This document shows, piece by piece, positions 37,509 to 46,782 of a stretch of 64,000 nt of DNA. The position numbers and the translations under genes are program-made. The stretch covers positions 5,639 through 69,638 of the forward strand of contig JAKPKU010000001.1 in NCBI GenBank assembly GCA_029553545.1, given 5' to 3'. The notes under the pieces were generated by a model. That model ran no database searches. It saw only the letters and a program-made list of their open reading frames with translations, and had not been told where the DNA came from. The DNA comes from Candidatus Cloacimonadota bacterium. GTDB lineage: Bacteria > Cloacimonadota > Cloacimonadia > Cloacimonadales > WRIO01. Position 1 is the stretch's first letter. Every line of letters starts with the position of its first letter.

Positions 37509-38984
37509 ATGAAAAAATATGTAATGATGTTAGTGCTGTTCATCTTTCTTTTTTCTGTTTTAAATGCTTTCATATTTCAAAACTCTAAAAAGAAAAACAC
37601 TAATACAGACTCAGATATAGATGCCTTGATTAATGTAGATTCTCTATATCAGATAATCGAAAAGCAGTCTCTGACAATTTTTGAATTACAGTCTATCATA
37701 GACGACATTTACTGTCAGCTTGATTCTTTGCAACAGGGTGGCTTTGAAAATGATTACAATACAGGCAAAGACTTTGTGCTGCCAGAATCCTATGAGTTTG
37801 CAGGCGTATCATTTGATCTGAAGAATGAGCGAATGAGAAACAAATTACAGACAATTTTTGAATATGAACTAAAAAGAGCCCCTGTTTTTCTTGCCAGAAG
37901 CTCTTGTTATTTCCCAATATTTGAATCGTATTTCCAAGAACATGGCGTTCCTGATGATGCTAAATATTTAGCAGTTGCAGAAAGTAATCTAAGTTATATG
38001 GCGTTCTCTTCCGTTGGGGCTGCTGGTATTTGGCAATTTATGCCAGGTACAGCAAAGCTTTTTAACTTGAATATTAATGATTATATTGATGAGAGAAGAA
38101 ATGTGTTTAAATCAACAGACGCAGCTTGTAAGTACCTGATGGATGGGTATAATAATTTACAAAAAAGAGATATTGACGACTGGCTCTTGGCTATGGCAAG
38201 CTACAATGCTGGAATGGGAAACATTTACAAAGCAATTAATGAGCAAGGAGCACAGAGCTTTTTCTCTTTAATTATGCGTCATGATGAGACAAATAACTAT
38301 ATCTGGCGAGCAATTGCGATAAAAATGATATTTGAAAACGAAGAACAGCTCTTTGGAAAAAGATTTACAAGAGATTCATACTTACTTGATCAAGCCAAGC
38401 TTGTTGATATAGAGTTAAAAGGGCATCATAATCTCAATGAATGGGCTATTGCTCAAGGGACAAACCTCTCAACAGTTTGGGAATTAAATCCTTGGATTAA
38501 GATTAATAAACGTAATCAGGGCAAGTACTCAAAGATAAATGAAATACTTCTACCACCTGGACAATACCAAATACTCGTACCTATTGATGCTATTGCTGAT
38601 ACTATGCTCCTTGCCAAAGCAGAAAAGACGTTTGCCGCACCAACAACGACAGTAAGTAAGTATCACAAAGTTCGATCAGGTGAGACCTTAAATAGTATTG
38701 CCAAAAAATATGGAACTACAGTAAATCACTTAAAGTCATTGAATAATATGAAATCTGATAGATTAAATGCTGGCAAAAACCTATTAGTTACCGGCTCAAA
38801 TGGGACTACTTCAAAATCATCAACTTCAAGCTACACTGTTAAAGATGGAGATAATCTATACAAAATCTCAAAAAAACTTGGAGTTAGTATTCAACACCTA
38901 ATGTCAAAGAATAATTTAAAGATAAAAAAAATCAAAGGCAAAGAAGTTGTAAATCTACGCAAAGGGCAGGTATTAGTATATTAA
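37509..38984 (+). CDS. membrane-bound lytic murein transglycosylase (MltD-like: SLT domain + two LysM domains)
   Basis: Signal peptide after the ATG at 37509, SLT motifs AVAESNLSY...GIWQFMPGTA...ASYNAG, and two C-terminal LysM repeats. Confidence 0.75.
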   Translation: MKKYVMMLVLFIFLFSVLNAFIFQNSKKKNTNTDSDIDALINVDSLYQIIEKQSLTIFELQSIIDDIYCQLDSLQQGGFENDYNTGKDFVLPESYEFAGVSFDLKNERMRNKLQTIFEYELKRAPVFLARSSCYFPIFESYFQEHGVPDDAKYLAVAESNLSYMAFSSVGAAGIWQFMPGTAKLFNLNINDYIDERRNVFKSTDAACKYLMDGYNNLQKRDIDDWLLAMASYNAGMGNIYKAINEQGAQSFFSLIMRHDETNNYIWRAIAIKMIFENEEQLFGKRFTRDSYLLDQAKLVDIELKGHHNLNEWAIAQGTNLSTVWELNPWIKINKRNQGKYSKINEILLPPGQYQILVPIDAIADTMLLAKAEKTFAAPTTTVSKYHKVRSGETLNSIAKKYGTTVNHLKSLNNMKSDRLNAGKNLLVTGSNGTTSKSSTSSYTVKDGDNLYKISKKLGVSIQHLMSKNNLKIKKIKGKEVVNLRKGQVLVY

Positions 38985-39430
38985 TGGAATGTAATATTAA
39001 AAAAATGACTGAAGAAGATTTTGACCAAGCTCTCGCCATAGAAATGGATTTAGAACAAGACACTTGGGGTGTAGATGGATTTAAAATATCTTTTATACAT
39101 GATGAGGCTTTTGCTTTAACCATAAATGACAATAAAGATATTATTGGCTTTTTATTTGGTTATGAAACAGTCGATGAATTTAATATTTCAAATATTGCTA
39201 TAAAAAAAGAGTATAGACATAAGGGCTTCGGATACTATTTATTAAGCAATATTATCGAAATGAAAAAGCATATAAAAAACTTCTTTTTGGAAGTAAGAAC
39301 AACAAATACTCCCGCATTAAGCTTATACCAGAAAATGGGGTTTAAGCCGCTGTACATTAGAAAAGGGTATTATCAAAACCCCACTGGTGATGCATTAATA
39401 ATGTGTTTATCAATTAATAATCATATATAA
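38984..39430 (+). CDS. rimI: GNAT N-acetyltransferase (RimI-like)
   Basis: A 148-aa GNAT fold with the acetyl-CoA site (IAIKKEYRHKGFGYYLL). The RimI assignment rests on size and motif only. Confidence 0.5.
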   Translation: MECNIKKMTEEDFDQALAIEMDLEQDTWGVDGFKISFIHDEAFALTINDNKDIIGFLFGYETVDEFNISNIAIKKEYRHKGFGYYLLSNIIEMKKHIKNFFLEVRTTNTPALSLYQKMGFKPLYIRKGYYQNPTGDALIMCLSINNHI

Positions 39431-39448
39431 TAAGGGTCAGGAGGTAAC

Positions 39449-41047
39449 ATGTACCAATATGATTTCTTAGTTTTAGGGTCTGGAATTGCAGGCTTAGTAT
39501 ACGCTTTAGAGGTCTCACGACTTGGCAAAGTAGCAGTCATAACAAAGAAAGAACTTTTCGATTGCAATTCAGACTATGCACAAGGTGGAATAGCTGCTGT
39601 AATCGATGACCATGATAGCTTTCATTCTCATGTAGAAGATACATTTATAGCAGGTGCTATGTTGGGAAAGAAGAAAATAATTGAGATTATTGTAAAAGAA
39701 GGACCTGAAGCAATTGAATATTTACTACAAAAAGGCACTCTCTTTACAGTAAAAAACCCACTTTTAGATAGGTCTATAGAGAATCTATCTCTCACAAAAG
39801 AGGGAGGACACTCAAAGCAACGTGTCGCTTATGCTGCAGATTCTACTGGGCATGAGATTATGCAAGCTCTTATTCACAGCTGTAAACAGAACCCGCAAAT
39901 TGATGTTTTTGAAAACCACATAGCTGTCGATCTCATTACCCAACACCATATTCCGCAAACAGATGGTTTCATTCCTCGTATAGCATGTTGGGGAGCTTAT
40001 ATTTTAGATATAAATGATAATAAAATTAAAACCTTTGTGAGCAAAAAAACAATGTTAGCTACAGGCGGTGCTGCACAGGTCTATTTGCAAAGCACTAATC
40101 CAGATGTTGCAACAGGAGATGGAATTGCTATGGCAAGACTGGCAGGAGCCCGTGTAGCTAATATGGAGTTTATTCAATTTCATCCTACAGCATTTTATTC
40201 ACCAGATGGACATACTTTCTTAATTACCGAAGCACTGAGAGGTGAAGGAGCTATTTTAAGATTGCAAAATGGAAAAACATTTATGGAAAACTATCATGCT
40301 ATGGGCTCATTAGCACCACGTGACATAGTCTCAAGAGCTATTGATTTTGAGTTAAAAAAGCGTGATGAAAAGTATGTTTACCTCGATGCAACACAAGTCG
40401 ATCATAAAAAACTTAAAACACATTTCCCCTATATTGATAAAAAATGCTTAAAAAGAGGGATTGATTTTACTAAAGATTATATTCCTGTTGCACCAGCAGC
40501 ACATTATTTCTGTGGCGGTATTTTAACAACAATAAATGGTGAAACAGATATTGCTAACTTATTTGCAGCAGGTGAAGTTGCGTGTACAGGATTACATGGA
40601 GCAAACAGATTAGCCTCTAATTCACTCTTGGAAGCTTTAGTCGTAGCGAAGCGAGCAGGAAACCATCCATCTAATTTAGAAGAAGTAGAGTTTCCACAAA
40701 TACCAGAGTGGAGGGAAGTTGGAGTCTTTAATGAAAATGACTGGGTTGTAATCTCGCACAATAGAGAAGTTGTCAAGCATACTATGCAGAATTATGTTGG
40801 TATTACAAGAAGTCGAAGGCTGCTCAAGTATGCGCAAACGCGGCTAAACTCAATCTACCAAGAGATAGATAATTTCTATCATCACAATAATATTAGAAAA
40901 GAAGTTATCGAAACCAGAAACCTTGCTATTATTGCAAACTTAATCATCAAATCAGCTTTACAAAGGAAAGAAAGTCGTGGTTTGCATTTTGTAACTGACT
41001 TCCAAGAAAGAAATGATGAATTATATCAGAAAGATACCATTATTTAA
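39449..41047 (+). CDS. nadB: L-aspartate oxidase
   Basis: FAD motif VLGSGIAGL, the HPT...EALRGEGA and GLHGANRLASNSLLE motifs, and the ESRGLH C-terminal motif. Confidence 0.9.
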   Translation: MYQYDFLVLGSGIAGLVYALEVSRLGKVAVITKKELFDCNSDYAQGGIAAVIDDHDSFHSHVEDTFIAGAMLGKKKIIEIIVKEGPEAIEYLLQKGTLFTVKNPLLDRSIENLSLTKEGGHSKQRVAYAADSTGHEIMQALIHSCKQNPQIDVFENHIAVDLITQHHIPQTDGFIPRIACWGAYILDINDNKIKTFVSKKTMLATGGAAQVYLQSTNPDVATGDGIAMARLAGARVANMEFIQFHPTAFYSPDGHTFLITEALRGEGAILRLQNGKTFMENYHAMGSLAPRDIVSRAIDFELKKRDEKYVYLDATQVDHKKLKTHFPYIDKKCLKRGIDFTKDYIPVAPAAHYFCGGILTTINGETDIANLFAAGEVACTGLHGANRLASNSLLEALVVAKRAGNHPSNLEEVEFPQIPEWREVGVFNENDWVVISHNREVVKHTMQNYVGITRSRRLLKYAQTRLNSIYQEIDNFYHHNNIRKEVIETRNLAIIANLIIKSALQRKESRGLHFVTDFQERNDELYQKDTII

Positions 41048-41081
41048 GGCTATTTAGCTTTAATAAAGATTTGGAGAACAA

Positions 41082-41711
41082 ATGAAAGGTTTTTTTATAA
41101 CATTTGAAGGAATCGAAGGATGTGGTAAATCAACACAAGCAAAACTATTGTTTGATTATTTAGTTGAAAATGGCTACAATGTTACTCTCACACGTGAGCC
41201 AGGCGGTACTGATATTAGTGAAAAAATACGCGAGCTTCTGTTGGACTGTCAGAATTCTAAAATGAACAAAGAGACTGAAATTTTATTATATATGGCATCG
41301 CGGTCTCAACACACAGGAGAATTAATTATCCCTGCTCTTGAGAGTGGCTCAATAGTGTTATGTGATCGTTATTTTGATTCAACTTTGGCTTATCAAGGCT
41401 ATGCAAGGGGTATTGAAATAAGCACGATTAAGACAATTAATAGTTATGCGAGCTTTGGTCTTATACCCGATCTTACATTCTTTTTAGATATTACAATTGA
41501 CGAGAGCTTTAGAAGGATTAAGGATAAAAAACCAGATAGGCTTGAATATGAACCGAGAAGCTTTCATGATAAAGTGAAAGAAGGCTTTAATAGAATAATT
41601 CTTGACAACCCTACCAGGTTCGTTAGTATAAATGGACAAAATAGTGTATGTGATGTTTTTAATGAAATAAAGGAGACAACTTTATGGAAGATGAAAGAAG
41701 GTCAAAGATGA
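41082..41711 (+). CDS. tmk: thymidylate kinase
   Basis: FITFEGIEGCGKSTQ P-loop, the DRY motif (CDRYFDST) and the lid region. Confidence 0.9.
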   Translation: MKGFFITFEGIEGCGKSTQAKLLFDYLVENGYNVTLTREPGGTDISEKIRELLLDCQNSKMNKETEILLYMASRSQHTGELIIPALESGSIVLCDRYFDSTLAYQGYARGIEISTIKTINSYASFGLIPDLTFFLDITIDESFRRIKDKKPDRLEYEPRSFHDKVKEGFNRIILDNPTRFVSINGQNSVCDVFNEIKETTLWKMKEGQR

Positions 41712-43315
41712 AGATTCTAAGAAAGAATAAAATAATATTCTACTCAATTTTAATTATATGGATATTTGCAGGCACACTTATTTTCAATTACTCTATAGGT
41801 CATGCACAAAACCATAGCGATACAGATGATTTATATAAATACTTGAAATTGTTCAGAGATACCATGTATATGGTAAAGCAAAACTATGTTGAAGAGCTCA
41901 AAATTCAAGATCTCTTTGAATACGCTGTAAATGGCATGCTTAATGATGTTGACCCGCATACAAATTTTATGAAGCCAGAAGACTTTGAAGATTTCCAAAC
42001 AAGTACAAAAGGCGAATTTGGTGGCTTGGGTATAACAATCGATAAACAGGGAGATTACATTACTGTTGTCTCACCAATAGAAGGTACTCCAGCTTATAAA
42101 ATGGGCATTATTGCTGGTGATAAAATAGTAAAAGTAGATGGTGCAAATGTTGTTGGCATTTCAACAGATGATGTTATAAAAAAGATGCGAGGCGATAAAG
42201 GCACAAAAGTAGTCATTACTATTTCAAGACCTGGTGTAAATAACCCTTTAGACTTTGAGATTATTAGAGATATTATTAAGATTAAAAGTATTCCATATGC
42301 ATTTAAACTTGATAATGGAATAGGCTATGTACGTATTAGACAATTTAATGCAAACACTACTCAAGAACTTAGACAAAGCATTGACAATCTCGAAAAAGAA
42401 GGAATAAGAGGACTGCTTATAGACCTTAGATTTAACCCTGGTGGTTTACTTAACGAAGCGGTAGATACTGTTAATGAATTTATTGGACCTAATAAACTCG
42501 TTGTTTCAACAAAAGGAAGGCTTGATTATTATAATCAAAACTATAATACTCGTTTTAATAGAATGAGAACTGGATATCCTGTAATAGTTTTAGTAAATGA
42601 AGCCAGCGCAAGCGCATCTGAAATATTTGCAGGCTCTTTACAAGATTGGGACAAAGGCTTAGTTGTTGGTAAAACCACATTTGGAAAAGGCTCTGTTCAA
42701 CAGCTTTTCCCACTATCTGAAGGATATGGTATCAAAATTACAATCTCGAAGTATTATATTAAATCTGGACGCTGCATACATAAAGACATAAATGATAAGA
42801 TCCTTAAAGGAAAAGAAGTAACTGCAGATGAAAAGAAAATGATAGAAAAAGATATTAATGAACACATTTATAAGACAGTAAATGGAAGAACAGTTTATGG
42901 TGGCGGTGGAATCACTCCAGACATTGAAATTGAGCAAGACAAACTTACAGAGCTTGAAATGGAAATACGAAGACTAAATCTCTTCTTTGAATACTCAATC
43001 GACTACTATACAAAAAATAAGCAAAGTATTACTGAAGATTTTGTGGCAAGTGATGCACTAATTCAAGACTTCCTCAGCTTTGGCAAAAACAAAGGTCTGA
43101 AATATGAATCCAGCACATTAGATAGCTCCTATGCTTTCATAAGAAATTCTTTAACAAGCAGTATTATTGACAAGAAGTTTGGCGAAATTGCTGGTTACAA
43201 AGCTGGATTGGCAATTGATAGACAGCTAATGGATGCGATATCTATTTTCGATAAATACCCAACTCTTGACAAGATGTTTGAATATGCAAAGACAGTACAA
43301 ACAACTGAAAGATAA
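41708..43315 (+). CDS. ctpA: S41 family C-terminal processing peptidase
   Basis: PDZ domain (GGLGITI...VSPIEGTPAYKMGIIAGDKIVKVDG), catalytic region (LIDLRFNPGGLL...ASASASEIFAG...GKGSVQ). The ATG at 41708 forms an ATGA overlap with the tmk stop. Confidence 0.85.
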   Translation: MKILRKNKIIFYSILIIWIFAGTLIFNYSIGHAQNHSDTDDLYKYLKLFRDTMYMVKQNYVEELKIQDLFEYAVNGMLNDVDPHTNFMKPEDFEDFQTSTKGEFGGLGITIDKQGDYITVVSPIEGTPAYKMGIIAGDKIVKVDGANVVGISTDDVIKKMRGDKGTKVVITISRPGVNNPLDFEIIRDIIKIKSIPYAFKLDNGIGYVRIRQFNANTTQELRQSIDNLEKEGIRGLLIDLRFNPGGLLNEAVDTVNEFIGPNKLVVSTKGRLDYYNQNYNTRFNRMRTGYPVIVLVNEASASASEIFAGSLQDWDKGLVVGKTTFGKGSVQQLFPLSEGYGIKITISKYYIKSGRCIHKDINDKILKGKEVTADEKKMIEKDINEHIYKTVNGRTVYGGGGITPDIEIEQDKLTELEMEIRRLNLFFEYSIDYYTKNKQSITEDFVASDALIQDFLSFGKNKGLKYESSTLDSSYAFIRNSLTSSIIDKKFGEIAGYKAGLAIDRQLMDAISIFDKYPTLDKMFEYAKTVQTTER

Positions 43316-43330
43316 AAACTCACTTTAATA

Positions 43331-43365
43331 AAAAAAAAGCCACTCTTGACTGGGTGGCTTTTTTA
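43331..43365. terminator. bidirectional rho-independent terminator between convergent genes
   Basis: The sequence is an A-run, GCCAC, TCTTGACTGG, GTGGC and a T-run. The stem is flanked by A- and T-tracts, so it can serve both convergent genes. Confidence 0.65.
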
Positions 43366-43379
43366 ATATAAATCTTATT

Positions 43380-44597
43380 TTACTTTTTAACTATTCTATC
43401 CACCTTTGGTGCTCTGATTCTCGCTGGCTGTGCAAAGTCTGAACCAATCAGAGGGGCACAATAAGATATAAAGTCATTTGTTATATAGTTTCCATTGCTA
43501 TTGATATATTCATCAGGCATTAACCGTGTCTTTGCAGCTATTTCTTTCAAAGGTACGGGTTTATACTCGACAGCATAATTGCCAACTCTCTGAATTGTGA
43601 TTGAGCAGTTGATATTGTGCCAGATTGCAAAGTGTGCTGCTTTTTCACCAACTTCTCTTGCTTCAATTTGGTCAATATCAGACACGCAAGGCATGAAGGA
43701 GCGTTGTAGGTAACCAAAAGTATCAGAACGAACCCTGCTAATCTTGAGGTTTTTCTTTATATAATCTGACAATAAATCACCCAGCGCGCCTGTCCCTGAC
43801 AATTGGACATTGCCATGTGCATCTTTTTCAACTGTCTCGCTTAAAGTGCTTATAATAGGGGTTCCATTTTTATCTGTAATACCTTCAGAAACAGCGATTA
43901 CACAGCGTCCATACTTATCATAGGTGTTTTTTACATCTTGCAAAAACTGCTCTTTATCAAAGACCCTTTCAGGTAAATAGATTAAGTGTGGACCGTCATC
44001 AGGGAACTTCTTTGCCATTGCAGAGGCTGCAGTTAAAAAGCCTGCATGTCTACCCATTACTATGCCAATATAAACGCCAGGTAATGATCTATTGTCGAGA
44101 TTGGCACCAATGAAAGCTTCAGCTACAAATCGTGCTGCAGAGCCAAACCCTGGAGTATGATCATTTAAAACAAGGTCATTATCAATGGTTTTTGGGATAT
44201 GAATTGCTCTAAAGTCATAATTCTCCTGAATAGCCTTTTCGTTTATAATTCTAACAGTGTCCGATGAATCATTGCCACCAATATAGAAAAAGTATCTAAC
44301 ATCATGTGCTTTCATCACATGAAATGCTTCTGTACAATAATCATCATCAGGTTTATCTCGTGTAGATAACAAAGCAGATGATGCACTAATAGCAACTTGC
44401 TCAAGGTTATGTGTAGTTTCTTGTGATAAATCGAGAAAATCTTCATTAATGATGCCTCTGATTCCGCCTACTGCACCGTATATCTTGGTTATCTGTGAAA
44501 ACTTTTTTGATTCTAATATTGCACCTACCAGAGATTGATTAATCACTGCAGTTGGTCCTCCACCTTGTGCTATGACGACTTTACCTTGCAAATTCAT
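43380..44597 (-). CDS. pfp: pyrophosphate-dependent (or ATP-dependent group III) 6-phosphofructokinase
   Basis: GGGPTAVINQS, FYIGGNDS, IPKTIDNDL and MGRHAGFL motifs in a 405-aa short PFP-type PFK. Phosphoryl-donor specificity cannot be fixed by eye. Confidence 0.75.
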   Translation of the reverse strand: MNLQGKVVIAQGGGPTAVINQSLVGAILESKKFSQITKIYGAVGGIRGIINEDFLDLSQETTHNLEQVAISASSALLSTRDKPDDDYCTEAFHVMKAHDVRYFFYIGGNDSSDTVRIINEKAIQENYDFRAIHIPKTIDNDLVLNDHTPGFGSAARFVAEAFIGANLDNRSLPGVYIGIVMGRHAGFLTAASAMAKKFPDDGPHLIYLPERVFDKEQFLQDVKNTYDKYGRCVIAVSEGITDKNGTPIISTLSETVEKDAHGNVQLSGTGALGDLLSDYIKKNLKISRVRSDTFGYLQRSFMPCVSDIDQIEAREVGEKAAHFAIWHNINCSITIQRVGNYAVEYKPVPLKEIAAKTRLMPDEYINSNGNYITNDFISYCAPLIGSDFAQPARIRAPKVDRIVKK

Positions 44598-44661
44598 TTT
44601 TACTCCTCCTATTTAATATGCTTATGTTTAATATACATAATCGTCTTTTTTTGTCAATAAA

Positions 44662-44693
44662 TAAAAACGCCCCTCTGAAAAACAAAGGGGCGT
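44662..44693 (-). terminator. rho-independent terminator
   Basis: On the minus strand, ACGCCCCT - loop - AGGGGCGT is followed by TTTTTAT. It lies 17 nt downstream of the stop of the 44710 gene. Confidence 0.8.
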
Positions 44694-44709
44694 AATCATT
44701 TAAAATATT

Positions 44710-46524
44710 TTATTTCATTAAGATAGCTTTTCTAACTTCAGAATGATTATCTGATTGTAACCTATAAAAATAAATACCAGAAGGCATATTATTATTATTA
44801 TCATCTTTACCATTCCAATTTACTGTATGATTACCTGCTGCTACGTATTCGTTGATTAATGTTCTTACTTTTTGTCCTTTTGAATTGAAAACAGCGATAT
44901 TAACATTATTTGCTTTGCTGATTTGGAAAGCAATTGTTGTGTTTGGATTTAATGGGTTTGGATAATTGCCCTGAAGCATCTTTGTTTTGCTGATTACTTC
45001 TGTTTCTGTAGCAACCCATGCAAAGTCAGACAACATACGACTTCCAACAAATCTGCCATCTACTCTTTCATGTGGGATACATGCCATTGTTATTGTTCCT
45101 GTTGGAATTGCTGTATCGATATAGTCTGCATCATAAAAAGATGTACGGAAGTTTGCATTACCTGTTCCATCAGTTATTACATAAGATGTGCCAGTTGCAA
45201 ACTCTCCTGATGCATTTACAAAAGATAGACCACTGATAGCTACAAGTCGAGATTCATATGTATCGAAGTTTGCATTTAATTCTTGTATTGTAACAGGTAC
45301 AGCGGTAATTGGATTATTTGTTGAGCTTGGTGCAGTTATATTCGCAACAGGAACGAATTGCAACATGCCATTAAATTCTTCTATTTTACCTGATAAACCA
45401 GTGATACCGTCTCCAATGTTGAAATTAGTTGTGATTACATTTGAATAGTCGTCAATTAATAAACCAGCATTGGCATCTTGTACAAATATTTGATTTCTAA
45501 AGCTTTGTGTGTAGCTAACATATACTTCACCTATTACAGTATAAATTGTTGTTCCATCCGCATTTTGTTGTTTCAACTCGCTCAAGTTCGCAACAGAAGC
45601 AGTAAATGAATATGTGGCGCTAACTGTATTGCTTGGTGTGTAGCCATCTTTAAATGCTTTAGCTTTCAATGTTGTTGTTTGTGATAAATTGATTGGGTTT
45701 TGATACAATGTTGAGGACTGGCTTGGCTCGTCACCATTAGTTGTATAGTAAATTAAAGCGCCTTCTGTTGGACAAAAAATACTAACATTTATAGTTGAGC
45801 CATATACTCCACCTGCAGGATCAAAAGAAGGAGTTAAAACTACTGTACCAGCTGTACTTGCAAAAGTTAAGTTGTCATAGCGATAAGTTCCGCCAGTTGC
45901 ATATGAACCAGTTGGGTTTGCAGGACCATAAGCATTTGTGCCAAATTCAAATGAAGATACAATTTTAATTCCAAAGTTAGGGTTATTATTTGCTTCTGGA
46001 ATTGATGCAAAACTTGCTTTGCGATAAAACCAAGTCGCACCTGCATCTATGATATATAAGCCATTATCGAAACCTGAATCGTTATTTGTGACAGTATTAG
46101 TGTTGAATGCATTTGTTGAATTTGCGATAAAATCGTTCCAATTTACACCATCCAAAGTATATTGTACACACATACGACTTGATGCAGTGTTGCTATTTCT
46201 TTGATGCCAGGTGATTTCAATGTTTTCTTTACCAACAGTCGAGACCATTGCTTGAATTCCTGCTGTTTTATTGCCAGTACCTTGAGCAGGGTAACCTGTT
46301 GTTTGAAGCGCTAAGCCGCCTGTACCTGTTCCTGTAAAACCTGTGATAAACTCATAAGAGATTCCACCTAATGTTGTAAGAGTGCCTGTTCCGCTTGCTG
46401 GGTTAAGATTGCTTGCTTCGAAATCCCATTGTGTAAAACTTGTTTGTGCAAACATTAAACTTACAGATAACATAATAACCAACATAAGAGTAATGTTTTT
46501 GATTCTTGAAATATTTACGTTCAT
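44710..46524 (-). CDS. secreted surface protein with T9SS (Por) C-terminal sorting domain
   Basis: Signal peptide after the ATG at 46524, which has GGAGGA 5 nt upstream (the track GTG at 46536 lies inside the RBS). It has a chitobiase/hexosaminidase-C-like Ig domain (IYYTTNGDEPSQSS...KAKAF) and an OB-like module. The C-terminal roughly 80 aa (YPNPLNPNTTIAFQ...SGIYFYRLQSDNHSEVRKAILMK) is typical of T9SS type A CTDs. Confidence 0.7.
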   Translation of the reverse strand: MNVNISRIKNITLMLVIMLSVSLMFAQTSFTQWDFEASNLNPASGTGTLTTLGGISYEFITGFTGTGTGGLALQTTGYPAQGTGNKTAGIQAMVSTVGKENIEITWHQRNSNTASSRMCVQYTLDGVNWNDFIANSTNAFNTNTVTNNDSGFDNGLYIIDAGATWFYRKASFASIPEANNNPNFGIKIVSSFEFGTNAYGPANPTGSYATGGTYRYDNLTFASTAGTVVLTPSFDPAGGVYGSTINVSIFCPTEGALIYYTTNGDEPSQSSTLYQNPINLSQTTTLKAKAFKDGYTPSNTVSATYSFTASVANLSELKQQNADGTTIYTVIGEVYVSYTQSFRNQIFVQDANAGLLIDDYSNVITTNFNIGDGITGLSGKIEEFNGMLQFVPVANITAPSSTNNPITAVPVTIQELNANFDTYESRLVAISGLSFVNASGEFATGTSYVITDGTGNANFRTSFYDADYIDTAIPTGTITMACIPHERVDGRFVGSRMLSDFAWVATETEVISKTKMLQGNYPNPLNPNTTIAFQISKANNVNIAVFNSKGQKVRTLINEYVAAGNHTVNWNGKDDNNNNMPSGIYFYRLQSDNHSEVRKAILMK

Positions 46525-46782
46525 AACTTCCTCCACTTTCCATATTTATTACCAATTTAATAAACATTCAAAATAATGCAAGATCTTTTTTAAATAATAG
46601 CATAAATTTTTTTATTCTTTCAAATAGTGCATGTTCGACTCTTTTATAATGCAGGTGATTGATACCAAAAAACTAATCTATGATAGGAAAAAATACAGAA
46701 CCTTTTAAGAGAAAAGAAGAAAAATAGTGTTTTGCATGTAATGAACAGCGATTTTTTATAATATAAAACCATAATAATCATC

